Source: Lingula anatina
Taxonomy: Eukaryota > Animalia > Brachiopoda
NCBI GenBank assembly: GCA_051362555.1
Contig: CM120648.1
Location: 10,784,587 to 10,848,586 of the forward strand
DNA: 64,000 nt
Direction of reading: 5' to 3'
The notes beneath the pieces are model-generated. The model was not told where the DNA came from and did no database searches. It saw nothing but the letters and a program-made list of their open reading frames with translations. Numbering within the stretch: the stretch's first letter is position 1; every line of letters starts with the position of its first letter. Of this stretch, positions 38,300-52,430 are shown piece by piece. A program made the translations under genes and the position numbers.

Positions 38300-40040
38300 T
38301 ACAGACACAGATATGTCTGTACATATAGCCATCATCTGCGTCTGTCGTCGCCGTCGTCGCCGTGCACTTTTACCGATAACACGATAAGTGGAAAACCATT
38401 TTACCTTTTGACTTGAAACTTGCGGAACTGATGAATATTCATAATACGCAGGTCAAGTTCGAAAATCAGCATGATCGGGTCACTTTTAGGGAATTTATGC
38501 TGTTTTTTCACTTTTTTCAGCATATATGCAGCACCGATAACACGATAAGTGGAAAACCATTTCACCTTTTGACTTGTAACTTACAGAACTGATGAATATT
38601 CATAATATGCAGGTCAAGTTCCAAAATCAGCATGATCGGGTCACTTTTAGGGAATTTATGCTGTTTTTTCACTTTTTTCAGCATATATACAGCACCGATA
38701 ACACAATAAGTGGAAAACCATTTTACCTTTTGACTTTAAACTTACAGAACTGATGAATATTCATAATACGCAGGTCAAGTTTGAAAATCAGCATGATTGA
38801 GCCATTTTTAGGGAATTTATGCTGTTTTTTCACTATTTTCAATATAAATGCAACACTGATAACACAATATAAGAAGTTAAGATGTGACTTTGAACTACCA
38901 TGAGCCTGCAGCCCTTTGCTAGTCACATTTTCTGAATGTCCATGTTACTAATATTCTATTATTAAAAATTGATGGTCATTATGCTGTTTAACATTATGTA
39001 ATGTTGCATCAAAATTTGAAGAAACCCCTATTTTGGGCACTGCTCCCATGATGACCATTTAAGGAAAATCATGTCACTTACTGTGCTCAAACTTACAGGA
39101 AAGAAACTTGGGTCTAAATTACATGTGTTCAGCTTCTGTAGGCAATGCAGTTTGTTTGGTAATTTTTTTCTGGCAATTAAACAGTTTTTTGTGAAAATTT
39201 TATTTTTCACTTATTGGCATTTTCAAGGTGTGACTTTGAAGTTCCACGATCCTGAAGACCTTTGCTTGTCACTTTTTCTGAATGTCCATGTTACTAATAT
39301 TCTATTCTTAAAAAATTGATGGTCATTATGCTGTTAAGCATTATGTAATGTTGCATCAAAATAGAAGAAAACACAATTTTTGGTGCCGCTGCCATGATGA
39401 CCATTATGAGAAAACTGTGTTACTTATGACTATCAAACCTTTAAAAAAGAAACACTGGACTAAAATGCAGCCTGAGTTGGAAAAGCAGTCTAATTGGCTT
39501 CTTTTTCTGGAAGTTATACATTTGAGTGAAATATTCATTATCTTTTTGGCTCCCATGGACATGAAGGCGAATGGTAATCAAATTTTCTACATGTCCATGC
39601 TATTTATAGTCAATAATCAAAAATTGGTGATAATTATTCTACAATTTATTATGTAATGTTACATCAAAATTGACAACAATCTTTTTGCACTGCTACTGCA
39701 AACATTATGAAAAGAAAACTGTGTTACTTATTATCATTTTTAACTTCCAAGTATGATTTTAAGGATTGGCATGCAGTTCAAATTAGAAAGCCAGGTCAAC
39801 TGGGTTATCATTTATTATTGACTTTATGCAATTTTGTGTGAAATTTTCATTTTTCTCATTCTGGCAATTTCTAAGTATAAACTTGAACTCTGATGGGCCT
39901 GAAGCCTTATGCTCTTACTTTAGTCGGTGTTACCTGTTGTGCATAATTAAAATTTGATAATGACTGTGCAGTTAAACATAATGTATTATTGCATCAGAAT
40001 TGGTAGTCTCCTATTTTGTGCATTATTGTTTTGTGCTTTC
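38300..40040. mobile_element. Helentron/HINE-like non-autonomous element with ~161-bp tandem repeats
   Basis: Head ...gccatcatctgcgtctgtcgtcgccgtcgtcgcc; units start at 38372, 38533, 38694. Related copy at ~47380-49550, fragments at ~55680-56445. Confidence 0.6.
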
Positions 40041-40045
40041 CTTAA

Positions 40046-40381
40046 AGTGATAATAACTCTTCGTTTCGGCCAAAAAATGAATTTTACTGGAGTAAACAAC
40101 AATTTTCTCATACTTACCAATGGTTAATAAATCCATTTTTACATTCAAAGCTAGTCCCTGGTTTTTTTCTAAAAAGTTTGGTTTTTTGTTAAAATCTCTT
40201 AAGTGATTTTAACAGAGTATAGCCATCAATGGAGGTCACGTGGTCAAAGACAAGCTCAGATATCAGAATAATAGCTATAACTGCCGTTTTTGTGGTAAAA
40301 CAGAATATATTATATTTCTATGAGTTATTCACAATGTCTTTACTATGAAATATAGATCTCTAATGAAGAGTTATTATCCCT
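40046..40381. mobile_element. TTAA-flanked MITE family 1, copy 2
   Basis: TTAA|AGTGATAATAACTCTTC...GAAGAGTTATTATCCCT|TTAA. Confidence 0.8.
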
Positions 40382-40693
40382 TTAAGATGTGACTTATGGG
40401 CCTGAGAGGCCTTTGAGAGGGTCAGTCTGTAAATTTCCCTTGGGTATCACTTAGCTTAGTTTTGAGTTATAAATTCATTTGCCTAATTGATTATTAATAG
40501 GCCATTAAATCAGATTACATAAAGCACACTTGTTGATATCTCCCTGTAAACTCCCAAAGGTTAAGCTCTGCTAGATTAATAATAAGGAAGCAGTGATAAT
40601 TATGGAGGTAAATTATGCAGGTAATTACATATATATATATATATATCAAACACGAAGATGAAAAGTTTGAATAGCAGCATCATTGGAATTATA

Positions 40694-40918
40694 TTTACCT
40701 CAGGCTCTGCCAAGGAGGTTATATTTTCACCGTTTGTCTGTCATCAACATAACTCAAAAAGTTATAGACCGATTTCGCTGAAATTTTCAGGAACTGTCAG
40801 AAGTGGGCCAATGATTAGTTTTTGGTGGTGGTCTGGCTCAATTATCAATCAATAATCAATAATAAACAACAATTGCTGCCTTGGCAGAGGTCTGCACTCT
40901 CAGAGTGCTTTTCTAGTT
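40694..40918. mobile_element. Short Helentron-associated (HINE-like) element
   Basis: Subterminal inverted repeat ctctgccaagg/ccttggcagag, 3' hairpin gcactct-c-agagtgc, terminal ctagt. Confidence 0.65.
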
Positions 40919-41544
40919 TTGTTATGTTTTCCTTTATAATTTTTTCTCAAACACTTGCATTTGTGACTTTTAACTCAAATCCGTTCGAGGCTCTGCACAT
41001 TTTCTGTATTTCCACAGAAGCAGTTGTATTGTTTTTATGTCTTTAAACATTATGTAATATTATTTTATACACTGTCATCATTTTTCAAATATTGAGACTT
41101 TCATTGTGTGACTTTGGTCTCTCATGGTCCTGAAACTGCAATCTTATTGAAGGGGTGGATTGAGACCATCTTCTGGGTCTTCCGGAAGACAGTCAGGTTA
41201 TTAAGTTTATATTGACTGGTATCTATTTTTTTTCTGTTGGAAGACCATCAAAGTGGAGGATGGATCAACATAGATACTTTGGAATACTATCAGAAAATAT
41301 CTCAGGGTCCGCTCCTGTTATTGACCATGTTACCTGTTGTCCATGATTAAAATTCAGTGTTGACTGACAGTGCTATTATAAGCATTATTTATTATTGCAT
41401 CAAAATTCACAAAATGACCTTTTTTTGCATCTTTATTTTCTGTTTTTTGTCTGTACATTTGCCAGCTTTGCTGCCTTGTTATTGTCTCTCCCTTGATCAG
41501 AGACCACATGTTAGACCTGATTAAGAAGCATGTCAGTACAAACT

Positions 41545-41713
41545 CAGGGGTGGATTTAGGGCATCTTCTGGGTCTTCCGGAAGACAGTCAGATTTTCAAG
41601 TTTACATTGATGGGTATCTAATTTTTTCTGTCGGAAGACGGTCAGAAAATGGAGGATGGATCAACAAAGATAATTTGGAAGACTGTCTAAAAATAACTCT
41701 GGATCCGCCCCTG
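41545..41713 (+). mobile_element. MITE family 3 copy with 5-bp TSD
   Basis: AAACT|CAGGGG...CCCCTG|AAACT. Confidence 0.85.
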
Positions 41714-42452
41714 AAACTTGTGGCAAGAAATAATTTCATGAAGGGGGGAGGGGTGCAAGGAGTGATAGGGTATTGCAGTTCTTACATACCATGTCTGATA
41801 CAGTCATTGAACTGTACTGTCAGAAAATTTTATGAAATCTTATTAATTCTCCACTTACGTACTAGTAAAATTTGGGCAGAAGTTCCAAATGTAAACATTC
41901 CATCGTGACTGCTATGCAGAGTTAACTCTGATTAAACCCTTTAGGCTGTATTCCCAGAGCTTTTAGATCGATCTATCCCCGCGGGGAGTCTCACTAGATA
42001 ATTGTCAGATAATTCGGCTTAAATGTCCGTCCGGCCTACTACAAGCTGTAAGGGGGTAATTAACTTTCGTGGCCGCTTGGCTGACCGCTATGTAGCGTGA
42101 ACCCCCAGGGAGTTAGGTCGATCTAAAGTAGATTGATCTAATCTCTGGAAATGGGGTCTTAGTAGATTTCTGTTTATTTGGACCGTGGTCAGGGGTATGT
42201 ACAGGGTAGTCTGTTTAGATTGGAATACTTATAACTTGTTAACCCAGATATAGGTCCTAAGGACCTTGGTAAGGTCTTAACCGCGGTCGAAAATGCAAGT
42301 GTGAATGGGGTATATGTCGTCTACAGAGGAGTTGAGTGTTTATGGTACTAGTTCTGTCGCTTTACCATTAACATTTTTCTCTTGTTTTAGTCCCTTGTTG
42401 AAGGGGTTACCATAGTGACAGTAACCTTCCATACCCGCCTGGTTATTCGGCT

Positions 42453-45400
42453 ATGTTGGATATATACAAGGTAAGTGCTGGTTAGAAAAACACAAGTTAG
42501 AAATCTTATGATGTTTTGTAATATTTACCTGGGTTGAATAAAAAATTATTTAGTACCACCAGCGTGTACGCTGGCGGTACTCATGGTTTTAGTCCCGATC
42601 CGTCTCATCCGGCTCCGTAAGCTCCGCCGGCTCCGCGTACTGGCGCCGGATACAAGTCACCGTTACCGCTTCTCCTCCTAGACCGCAAGGACCCCTGTCC
42701 CCATCTCTTGGATTTAGGTCACATATAACCTCAACTTGAACCCCCAGGTTTTTTTGTCTCAGTCAGTGCATTAACCTGGGCGTGACGCTCGTTGAAATGC
42801 ACCCTTGTCAAATTTTTGAAAATTCAATGCCAATTATCTACCCTACGGAAGGAATTATGGGAAAAATTTATACAGACGGCTTTCCAAAAGTCATGTGTAG
42901 ATTTCAAATATGCCCTTGGATTTGACCTTTGACCTTTATTTCAAGGTCAAACGGGCCAAAATTTTCAAAAAAATGAAATTTTTTACAAAAAAAATATTAT
43001 TTGCGCTGTTATTCAGACACTACACAATAATATTATTGGAAAGTTTTACCCTTTGGGTCATCTTTCATCTTCGTGAATTTGGGGTCAATCGGTGCATTTT
43101 CATGGGAGAAGCGGCCATAAGATACCGAAACTGAAAACTGTCTCTAATTCGGGAACCGTTAATGCTAGCATCCCATTCTTTTTTGCATTTTGTAGAGCAT
43201 GTAAAGCCCAACATTGAAGGTGGTCTCTGTTTTTTTGTATTTCATACGGTTTTCGTGTTATGCTGTATTAAAAAGTTCATTGTGGTGGCACATTATTGTA
43301 ACTCAGAATTGTAACATTTAGTCCCTTATATCTCCAAAACTGGCAGAGATAGGTCAATAGTTATTATTTAAGTTGAATAGGAAGTCACTTACTGGCATTC
43401 TAAATGTGACCTTGAAATTGACCTTTGACCTATTTTCACCATGAACTGAACTTTGCAAATTTTTGTTCCCTTTTATCTCCAAAACTGGCAGAGATAGGTC
43501 AATAGTTACTATTAAAGTTGAATAGGAAGTCACATACTGGCAATTTAACAGTGACCTTAAAATTGACCTTTGACCTGCTTTTCACCATGAATTGAACTTT
43601 GCAAATTTTCGTTCCCTTTTATCTCCAAAACTGACAGAGATAGGTTCAAAGTTACTATTGAACTTGAATAGGAAGTCATAAACTGGCAATTTACTGTTAC
43701 CTTAAATTTGACCTTTGACCTACTTTTTACCATGAACTGAACTTTGCAAATTTTCTTTCTCTTTTATCTCCAAAACTGGCAAAGATACGCCCATAGTTAC
43801 TATTGAATTTGAATAGAAAGTCATTAGAGGCAATTTGCTGTGACCTGAAAATTGACCTTTGACCTACTTTTCACCATGAACTGAACTTTGCACATTTCCA
43901 TTCCCTTTTATCTCCAAAACTGGCAGAGATAGGTCCATAGTTACTATTGAACTTAAGTAGTAAGTCATATACTGGCAATTTACTGTGACCTTAAAATTGA
44001 CCTTTGACCGTCTTTTTACTATGAACTGAACTTTGCAAATTTTCTTTCTCCTTTATCTCCATAACTGACAGAGATAGGTCCATAGTTACTATTGAACTTG
44101 AATAGGAAGTAATACACTAGCAATCTGTGACCTTGAAATTGACCTTTGACCTACTTTTTATGATGAACTGCTTTTTGCATGTTTTCGGGCCTTTAAATCT
44201 GCAAAATTGGCAAAGAAATGCCCATGGTTGCTATTGAACTTGAATAGAAATTCATATACTATGATATTGAAATTGACCTTTGACCTACTTTTTCACCATA
44301 AACTGAGCTTTGCATATTTTCTTGCCTCTCATATCTTGTGCCCCTGATGTGCCCCTTGTTACCCCTAGGTTTTCTCTTTTGTCAGCATAAATGCACCATT
44401 GACAACACTTTTCAAGGAAAACCAATAGGCCTTTTGTCTAGAGAATACAGGAGTGATCAAAGGTAGGAAAATGCAAGTCAATTCAAAAATGTGCTTGATT
44501 GTACCATTTTTAGTTATATTTTTTTGCATATTTTGAGAACTCTTATTGATTGCATCTTAAAGAGCTTGTCAAGCATAAGACTGGTGATGGTGTCCCTTTT
44601 TGGAGGGGGGGGGGGGTCCATACGAATGCGCTTACTCCAGCTGGTGGTACAATATCCGGAGGCGGTATCGCCTCTCTGATCCTCTAGTTTTACTTGTAGT
44701 AGATGCATAATTTTACTAGTAGCTGTATAAAAATTTTGAAGAATATAAAATATGTGAGTTTACAGCGGATTTGTTTAAAAGAATCTGCTAATGTGGCTTA
44801 AATATGTGGCACGTCTACTGAAGCTGCTAAACAAAAGTTTATTACCCCTTACAGCTTCAGTAGGCATGCTAGACATTAGAACGGCTTAGGCTGAACTTCA
44901 TGCAATTTAGTGAGAAACCCCTTGATGATGGATAGATTTTGCTTTATCCATCTAGGTAAGGGAACGGGGTGTAATTCTATTGTTTTTTATGGGTTTCTCT
45001 CCAGAAAATTGCCATCATTCTTTCCTGCCTAGCTTACCTACAAGGCATCAAGACCTGTGATCCAGGTACGTATGCACGAACATGTGCATGCATGCATGTT
45101 TGATTCTACTGATAATCATAAATATCAGGGGAGGATTTAGGGCGTCTTCTGGGTCTTCCAGAAGACGGTCAGATTTTCAAGTTTACATTGACGGGTATCT
45201 AATTTTTTCTGTCGGAAGACGGTCGAAAATGGAGGATGGATCAACAAAGATAGTTTGGAAGACTGTCAGAAAATAACTCTGGATCCGCCCCTGAATATGT
45301 ATGTGTAAATGAACATATTTGAAGTAGCAGACTATATATATTACTTGTAAGTGAGCATTGTTATAGGCGGTAGACATGTGAAAATCACCATTTCTTGTAT

Positions 45401-48400
45401 TAATATTTCTGTGAAGAATTTCTATGTGACTGAACATGTTTTAAATTAGGAAAAATAAGGAGCAACAGTTTTATTGAAACTGAATGTGTGATTGTGAAGA
45501 ATGCTTCCTAGGTTGTATGTCAAAGTGATTTATCATTCTTATAATCCTCTTAGTTATATTTGCATTTATTTATTTATCATTTCATTATGTACATATATTT
45601 TTATTATTTTTAACGTTTATTTCTTTATTATTATGTACATTATTTAAATATATTTTTATTTTTTATCTTTATTTTTTTTAATCATTTCATTATGTATATA
45701 TTTATTTTAATTATTTTTTATCTTTATTTATCTATTAGGCCAAGAACCTGATGGCAATGGCGGTTGTAAAGAATGTCCGCCTGACTATTTTAATGCTAAT
45801 AACAGTCCTGTGGACTCCATACTTTCCTACTGTATAGCATGGACCAAATGTAATGGAGATGGCCAGTATATATTAAAAGAAGGGACTTCTCAAGAGGTGA
45901 GTAAGTTACCATCAAGTGTCCGGCCTGGTGCAGGCATAGACCCCATTTCCATAGATTTTTAGATCGATCTATCCCTGTGGGGAGTCTTACTAGATTACTG
46001 TCAGCTTGGCCGGCTTAAGCGTCTGTCCCGCCTACTAAAAGCTGTAAGGGGGTAATTAACTATGGTGCCCGCTCGGCTGACTGCAATTTAGCGTGAACCC
46101 CCAGGGAGTTAGGTCGATCTAAAACTTAATCTTTAGATCAATCTAAATCTCTAGGTAAGCACCCATAGAGGATCAGGGTCCAGTTTAGTCTATTGTCAGT
46201 CAGTTGGATGTGCTCGTTATTGTACAGTTGTTGATTTGTTGCGAAGGCATTAAGGCTATCAATAAATGATGTTCTTTGTCTTCATCTGCTTGTTCTTCCT
46301 TCAGTTTTCTCACAGAGTACCAGTGTTTCTATTCCATCTGTTCTGATGATATGGCCTAAAGATTTCGTTTGTCCTTTTCTGATTGTTTTCATCAGTGAGC
46401 GTTGTAGGTGATTGATTATAAATATATCATGTGAGTTTACTATGGATTGTCTAAAAACTGTAGAATTTTATACCTTTTGCCTATAAAAGAGAGCATTATG
46501 ATCAGTATGCTAAGTACTAGAGTACTTATTATTATGCTAAGGACTGAAAAGTGACACAAATTACAACTTTTTGGTACAAAGAGAGGGATTTTTTTTCTCT
46601 TTTACATGATTTTCATGTCAAGTAGAGTAATTGTAATAGCAGATCAGCCAAAGGCTTCTTTTCACTACCCTAGGTTCTAGATTCCGGTATTGCCAGCTCG
46701 ATCTTGATTTCATATACAACCCATAGTAGCAATACCAGGCTCTAGCGAACAGTGGCAACTCGGGGGCGTTCTTCTTCAAAATTCTGCCTGAGGCGCTTCC
46801 ATATTTGGAAGTCACACGTCACAGCTGTGTCCGCCTGGATCCATATTTGGAAGTCATAAGTCTCGTACGTCACAGGTTTGGCCGCCTGGAGCTGCCTTTC
46901 CCGCCTTGCGCTGAAGTCTCGTGCAGGCGAGACAAGAAGCAATTTAAGTGCCTGACGCGGAGTTAAAAGTTTGAATTGAAAATATCTTGCAGTCGAAGGT
47001 CAGTGCCACAATACAAGCAACATTCTGCTGTAAAAACTTATTTTCGTATAGCCATTGCGCAGCCCTTATAGTGGTATCGGGCATACGGTGTAGCTGTCAA
47101 ATTTGGCACACGGCAAGCACATGTATTGTGCACGTGTATATCTCAAGACTAAATGTTCTTTGATAAGTAAAAAATACAAAAACATTGGATATATCTTTTC
47201 TTTCCGAAGAACATTATTTATTTTTTCACTTTACATGTTAAATACAGCAAATAAAATTAAATAAAGCAGAATTAAATTTGTTTTACGTTTTATTTTGGTC
47301 TGATGACATTCAACTGCATTTTCACTGCGGAACAGTTCTATTTGATTGATGGAAAACTTTCGTGGCCGCTGGTCTTCAGAGTTAGTAAAAGCGACTGCAC
47401 ATAGATGTGTCTGTACATATTGCCATCACCTGCGTCTGTCGTCGCCGATCATGTCGCCGTCGCCGTCGCCGTGCACTTTCAGCGTTAACACCATAAGTGG
47501 AAGACAGTTTTACTTTTTGGCTTTATATTTACAGAGCTGACTAATATTCATAAAACGCAGGTCAAGTTCGAAAATCAGCATGATCGGGCATTATTGTAGA
47601 ATTTATGCTGTTTTTTCACTTTTTAGCATATATGCAACACTGTTAACACATTTCAAGGAAAACCGATAGGCCTGTTGTCATGAAACTCACAGGAGTAATC
47701 ATTCTTACTAAAACACAGGTCAAGTTCGAAAATCGGCATGATCGGGCCACTATTTTAGTAGTTATGCTGTTTTTTTCACTTTTTAGCATATATGCAACAC
47801 TGTTAACACATTTCAAGGAAAACCGATGGGCCTGTTGTCATGAAACTCACAGGAGTAATCATTCTTACTAAAACACAGGTCAAGTTCGAAAATCAGCATA
47901 ATCGGGCCATTATTTTATAAGTTATGCTGTTTTTTCACATTTCCTCAGATTCAATTCTTAGGCATGTTAACAGTCTCATTATTTAACTAATAAGATTCGC
48001 AAAAGTGTTTGTTTGACATTTCCTGCATCTTTACAACATTGTTAGTTGATTATGTAAAAATGATGGTAAACTTGGTATCATGTATTGTATAATAGAGTTT
48101 CAAAAATGGAAATAAACTCATATCATTGCAGTTTGTCAGATTTAATCATTCACTATGTTCAGAAACTCCTAATGGAGGAAATTGGACATTAAACACTGTT
48201 CTATTGATATTTTTCCCATCTCATCAATTTTCTTAGTTGATCATATAAAAATGGCAGTAAATTGTTAATTTTGTTATATGTAAAAAAATTGTTAAAAATG
48301 GAAAAAAACACATTTCAGGACAGTGCTGTCTTGTCTACATTTTGGCATTTTCAAGGTGTGACTTTGAAGTTCCATGGGCCTGAAGACCTTTGCTAGGCAC

Positions 48401-49933
48401 ATTTTCTGAATATCCATGATATTAATATTTTATTATTAAAAATTGATGGTTATTATCCTGTTAAACATTATGTAATATTGCATCAAAATTTGAAGAAACC
48501 CCTATTTTGGACACTGCCCTCATGATGACCATTTAAGGAAAACCATGTCACATACTGTTCTCAAACTTACAGGAAGAAACATGGGACTTAAATAAAGCTT
48601 CAGTGGGCAATGTAGTCTATTTGGTAAATTTTTCTGGCAGTTAATCAGTCTTTTGTGAAAATTTAATTTTTCACATATTGGCATTTTCAAGGTGTGACTT
48701 AGAACCTCCACGGGCTCTAAGACCCATGCTAGTCACATTTTCTGAAAATCCATGATACGGATCTTTTATTATTAAAAACTGATGGTCATTATGCTGTCAA
48801 GCATTATGTAATATTGCATTAAAATAGAAGAAAACACAATTTTGGGTGCTGCTGCCATGATGACCATTATGGGAAAACCACGTTACTTATGATTGTCAAA
48901 CTTTCAAAAAAAGAAACAAAGGACTAAAATGCAGCCTGAGTTGGAAAAGCAGTCTAATTGGCTTCTTTTTAGTGAAATATTTATTTTTATCATGTTGGCA
49001 TATTCATTGTGGGACTCGAAGCTCCCATGGACATGAAGCCAAATGGTAATCAAATTTTCTACATGTCCATGCTATTTATAGTCAATAATCAAAAATTGGT
49101 GATAATTATTCTGTAATTTATTATGTAATGTTACATCAAAATTGACAAAAATCTTTTTGCACTGCTACTACAAACATTATGAAAAGAAAACTGTGATACT
49201 TATTATTATTTTCAACTTACAAGTATGATTTGTAGGATTGGCATGCAGTTCAAATAAGAAAGCCAGCTCAAATGGGTTATCATTTATTATTGAATTTAAG
49301 CAGTTTTATGTGAAATTTTCATTTTTCTCATTCTGGCATTTTCAAAGTGTGAACTAGTACTCCCATGGGCCTGAAGCCTTACGCTTGTTACACATTTCAC
49401 TTACATTGGTATTACCTGTTGAGCATAATTAAAATTTGATGTTGAATTTGCAGTTAGGCATAATGTACTTTTGCATCAGAATTGACAGTGGCCTATTTTG
49501 TGCATTGTTATTGTCTGCTTTTTGTCTGTACATTTGACAGCTTTGCTGCCTTGTTACATTCAAAGTTAGTCCCTGGTTTTTTTCTAAAAAGTTTGTTTTT
49601 TTGTTAAAAGCTCTTAAGAGATTTTAACAGAGTATAGACATCATTGGAGGTCACGTGGTCTAAAGACAAGTTCAAATATCAGTATAAAAGCTATAACTGC
49701 TGTTTTTGTGGTTAAACAGAATATATTATATTTCTATGAGTTATTATTGTTATTATTGTGAAAGGTTTTTATTGTGAAATATAGGTCTCATACAAAGAGT
49801 TATTATGCCTTTAAATTTCAGCATGTCTGACAGGTGTCATATATTAAATGTCAATAACACTACATCAGATAGCAGGATTTACTGGCCCAGTAGTAATGTC
49901 CTTGGCTGCCAAACACTGTTCTGTTTTGTTCTT

Positions 49934-49968
<35 letters not shown>

Positions 49969-51382
49969 TTAAATAGTGTATACTAATCTGTTATCATGGT
50001 TAAGTAATTGATGTGATGGGTATCAGCTAGTAGATTATTTATTATGGTTTCCACTTATTGTTATGACCCTTTACATATACATATGAGATGAATGTCCTAA
50101 ACTTATATAATTTTGAGCGCTTAATTCAAGCATGGGCTCGAAATAGGACATTATATTTTCATCTAACTTAGTGGATAACGTGATCCAAACATTCCACGGT
50201 TCGTGTCAGATTTACGTTAGGTCGTGCAAAGAAAAGCCAAGTCCACATAATGACCAGTTTAATGGTTTTTGGTTAAATCTCTTGGGCTACATGTTCTACG
50301 TGAAGCCTCCAACTTCCAAGCTGTCTCCCATGGCTCTGTCGAGCGGTCACCTTTGCGTCATCTTCAGTCTGAACCCCCAATATTAATTCTGAATGTCTTT
50401 TATACAATATTTATTATCAGTGGTGGATTCTGTGCTGCATTATTTGGCGGTACATACTAATTTTTAATTATTCAAATTGCACACGTCCACTTACGTTATA
50501 TAACTACAGGTAAGGCCATAAAACGAGTCGAGTGCACAAGCAATCAACTCCAATCAAATTAATTTACATGTCTGGAGATAATAATTGTGAACTGAACATT
50601 ATGGGACATAATATAAAATTCATAATAGGCTTATCTAAAACCAGTCTCTTTTTATGTCAGTTAGTAGGCCAGTCCCTGTTTTTATCATTTCTCTTTTTCT
50701 TAAGTGAGTCAGTTATAAGCTAGATATCACTATGCACTGTCATGTTGCTATTTATCAAAGGTAAGCTTATATCCAACATTCAGATTGAATCGTCTGTTAA
50801 GGTAATTATAATGCCCTTTTGATATTTCTGTGTGATGACCTGAGGATTATTTTCACTTTGTATCAAGAAAATGAAATTGTATTGTTGTCTCTATCGTGTA
50901 CAATGTAAATAATCTTATGTATAATGTTCATTTAAAGCCATTGCTGTTTTATCTCAAGGCTAAATTCACAACAAACTAAATTCAAACAAGTCATGGCTCA
51001 GTACATTTATTTCACTTTAGAACTTGGTCATTACTCCAGGACACTTTCAAAACCATGTTCATTTGAGATAAAATATTCTAGGGTAATATATTGCTGTATT
51101 ATAATTAATTTTTTCTCAGTTTCCTTGTTCAAATTGATATAAAATTAAAAGGTTTCCTGTACTTATGTCAGCTTGAGCTGACTTGGTTTAACTTCATTTT
51201 ACTTTAGGACCGCCGATGCTGGTGCAATGAAACGGCAGGCTACGGACCGAAAAAACCGAAGCGATGTTACAAAGGCGGCATTGTGCAAACTGGAGAGCTG
51301 GAGGAGGCGTGTCAGTGTCGCAAGTGTAAACTGGCCGGAGACTGTCCTCTGCTCAGGGATAAGAATGGAAGTCAGTGCCTTT

Positions 51383-51421
<39 letters not shown>

Positions 51422-52377
51422 TTTGATTTTTATGTGTTTATTTAATTTTCATTTCTTGATTTATTTATTAAATTTTTATTTATTTATCAATCAATTTATT
51501 TATTTGATTTTTATGTGTTTATTCATTTTTTTATTTGTTTGTTTGTTTATATTTTATTTAATTTTCATTTCTTGATTCATTGATTTAATTATCATTATTA
51601 TTTTATTTTACATTTTATTCTTTACTAAAACAACATGCGATTAAACAGGAAAAAAAAACAAATGGCCATATCACTTAAAGGCAAGAATGCAGATATCCCT
51701 AAGCTGTATTATTGACAAAACAGATGTTGAATTTGTAGAATCATTCAAATTGCTTGGAGTGTATATCTCTAATGACCTCACAATGGAGTGTATATCTCTA
51801 ATGACCTTCAAATGAAAGACTTCCATTATAGATTTATTAAGATATCAAATAGAAGTTTGTTTTCAAATTCAACAACAACCAAGAAATATAAGGAGCATTC
51901 ACATCGAGAAGAGCGGAGGTCTAGTAAGGCCGCGGCCTAAATATGGCAGACCTACATGAAAGGAAGACCGCACATCCTGTTAATCCTCACCACGCGTGGT
52001 CCCAGCAGGACCACAGTAATTAAATCTCAGCTCAATTCAACTGGTCGAGGGACAACTCGTAGAGGGAGGAGAGACTATTAAAAGAATAGCAGTCTTCCTT
52101 TCATGTAGGTCTGCCATATTAAGGTTGCAGCCTTACTAGACCACAGCTCTTCTCATCTTAAATGCTCCCATAGTATTGGTGTTCAAGCATTTTTTAATTA
52201 AGTTGATGTATTTATTTTCATTTATTGTATTTATTGGGCTGGCAGTGATTTCATCCTTAACACTTTGACTTAATATTTTCATCAATGTGCTTACTTAGCA
52301 AACATAAGAGTAAAAATACAATATCAAGATTTCAGCAGGGCCTTGGATGTGCAATATCTTCATTGGTTTTTGTCATG

Positions 52378-52430
<53 letters not shown>

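Noticed and set aside
38372-44335. Regularly spaced repeats superficially like CRISPR arrays
   Set aside because: Eukaryotic intronic tandem repeats of 145-161 bp with no unique spacers and no cas genes.
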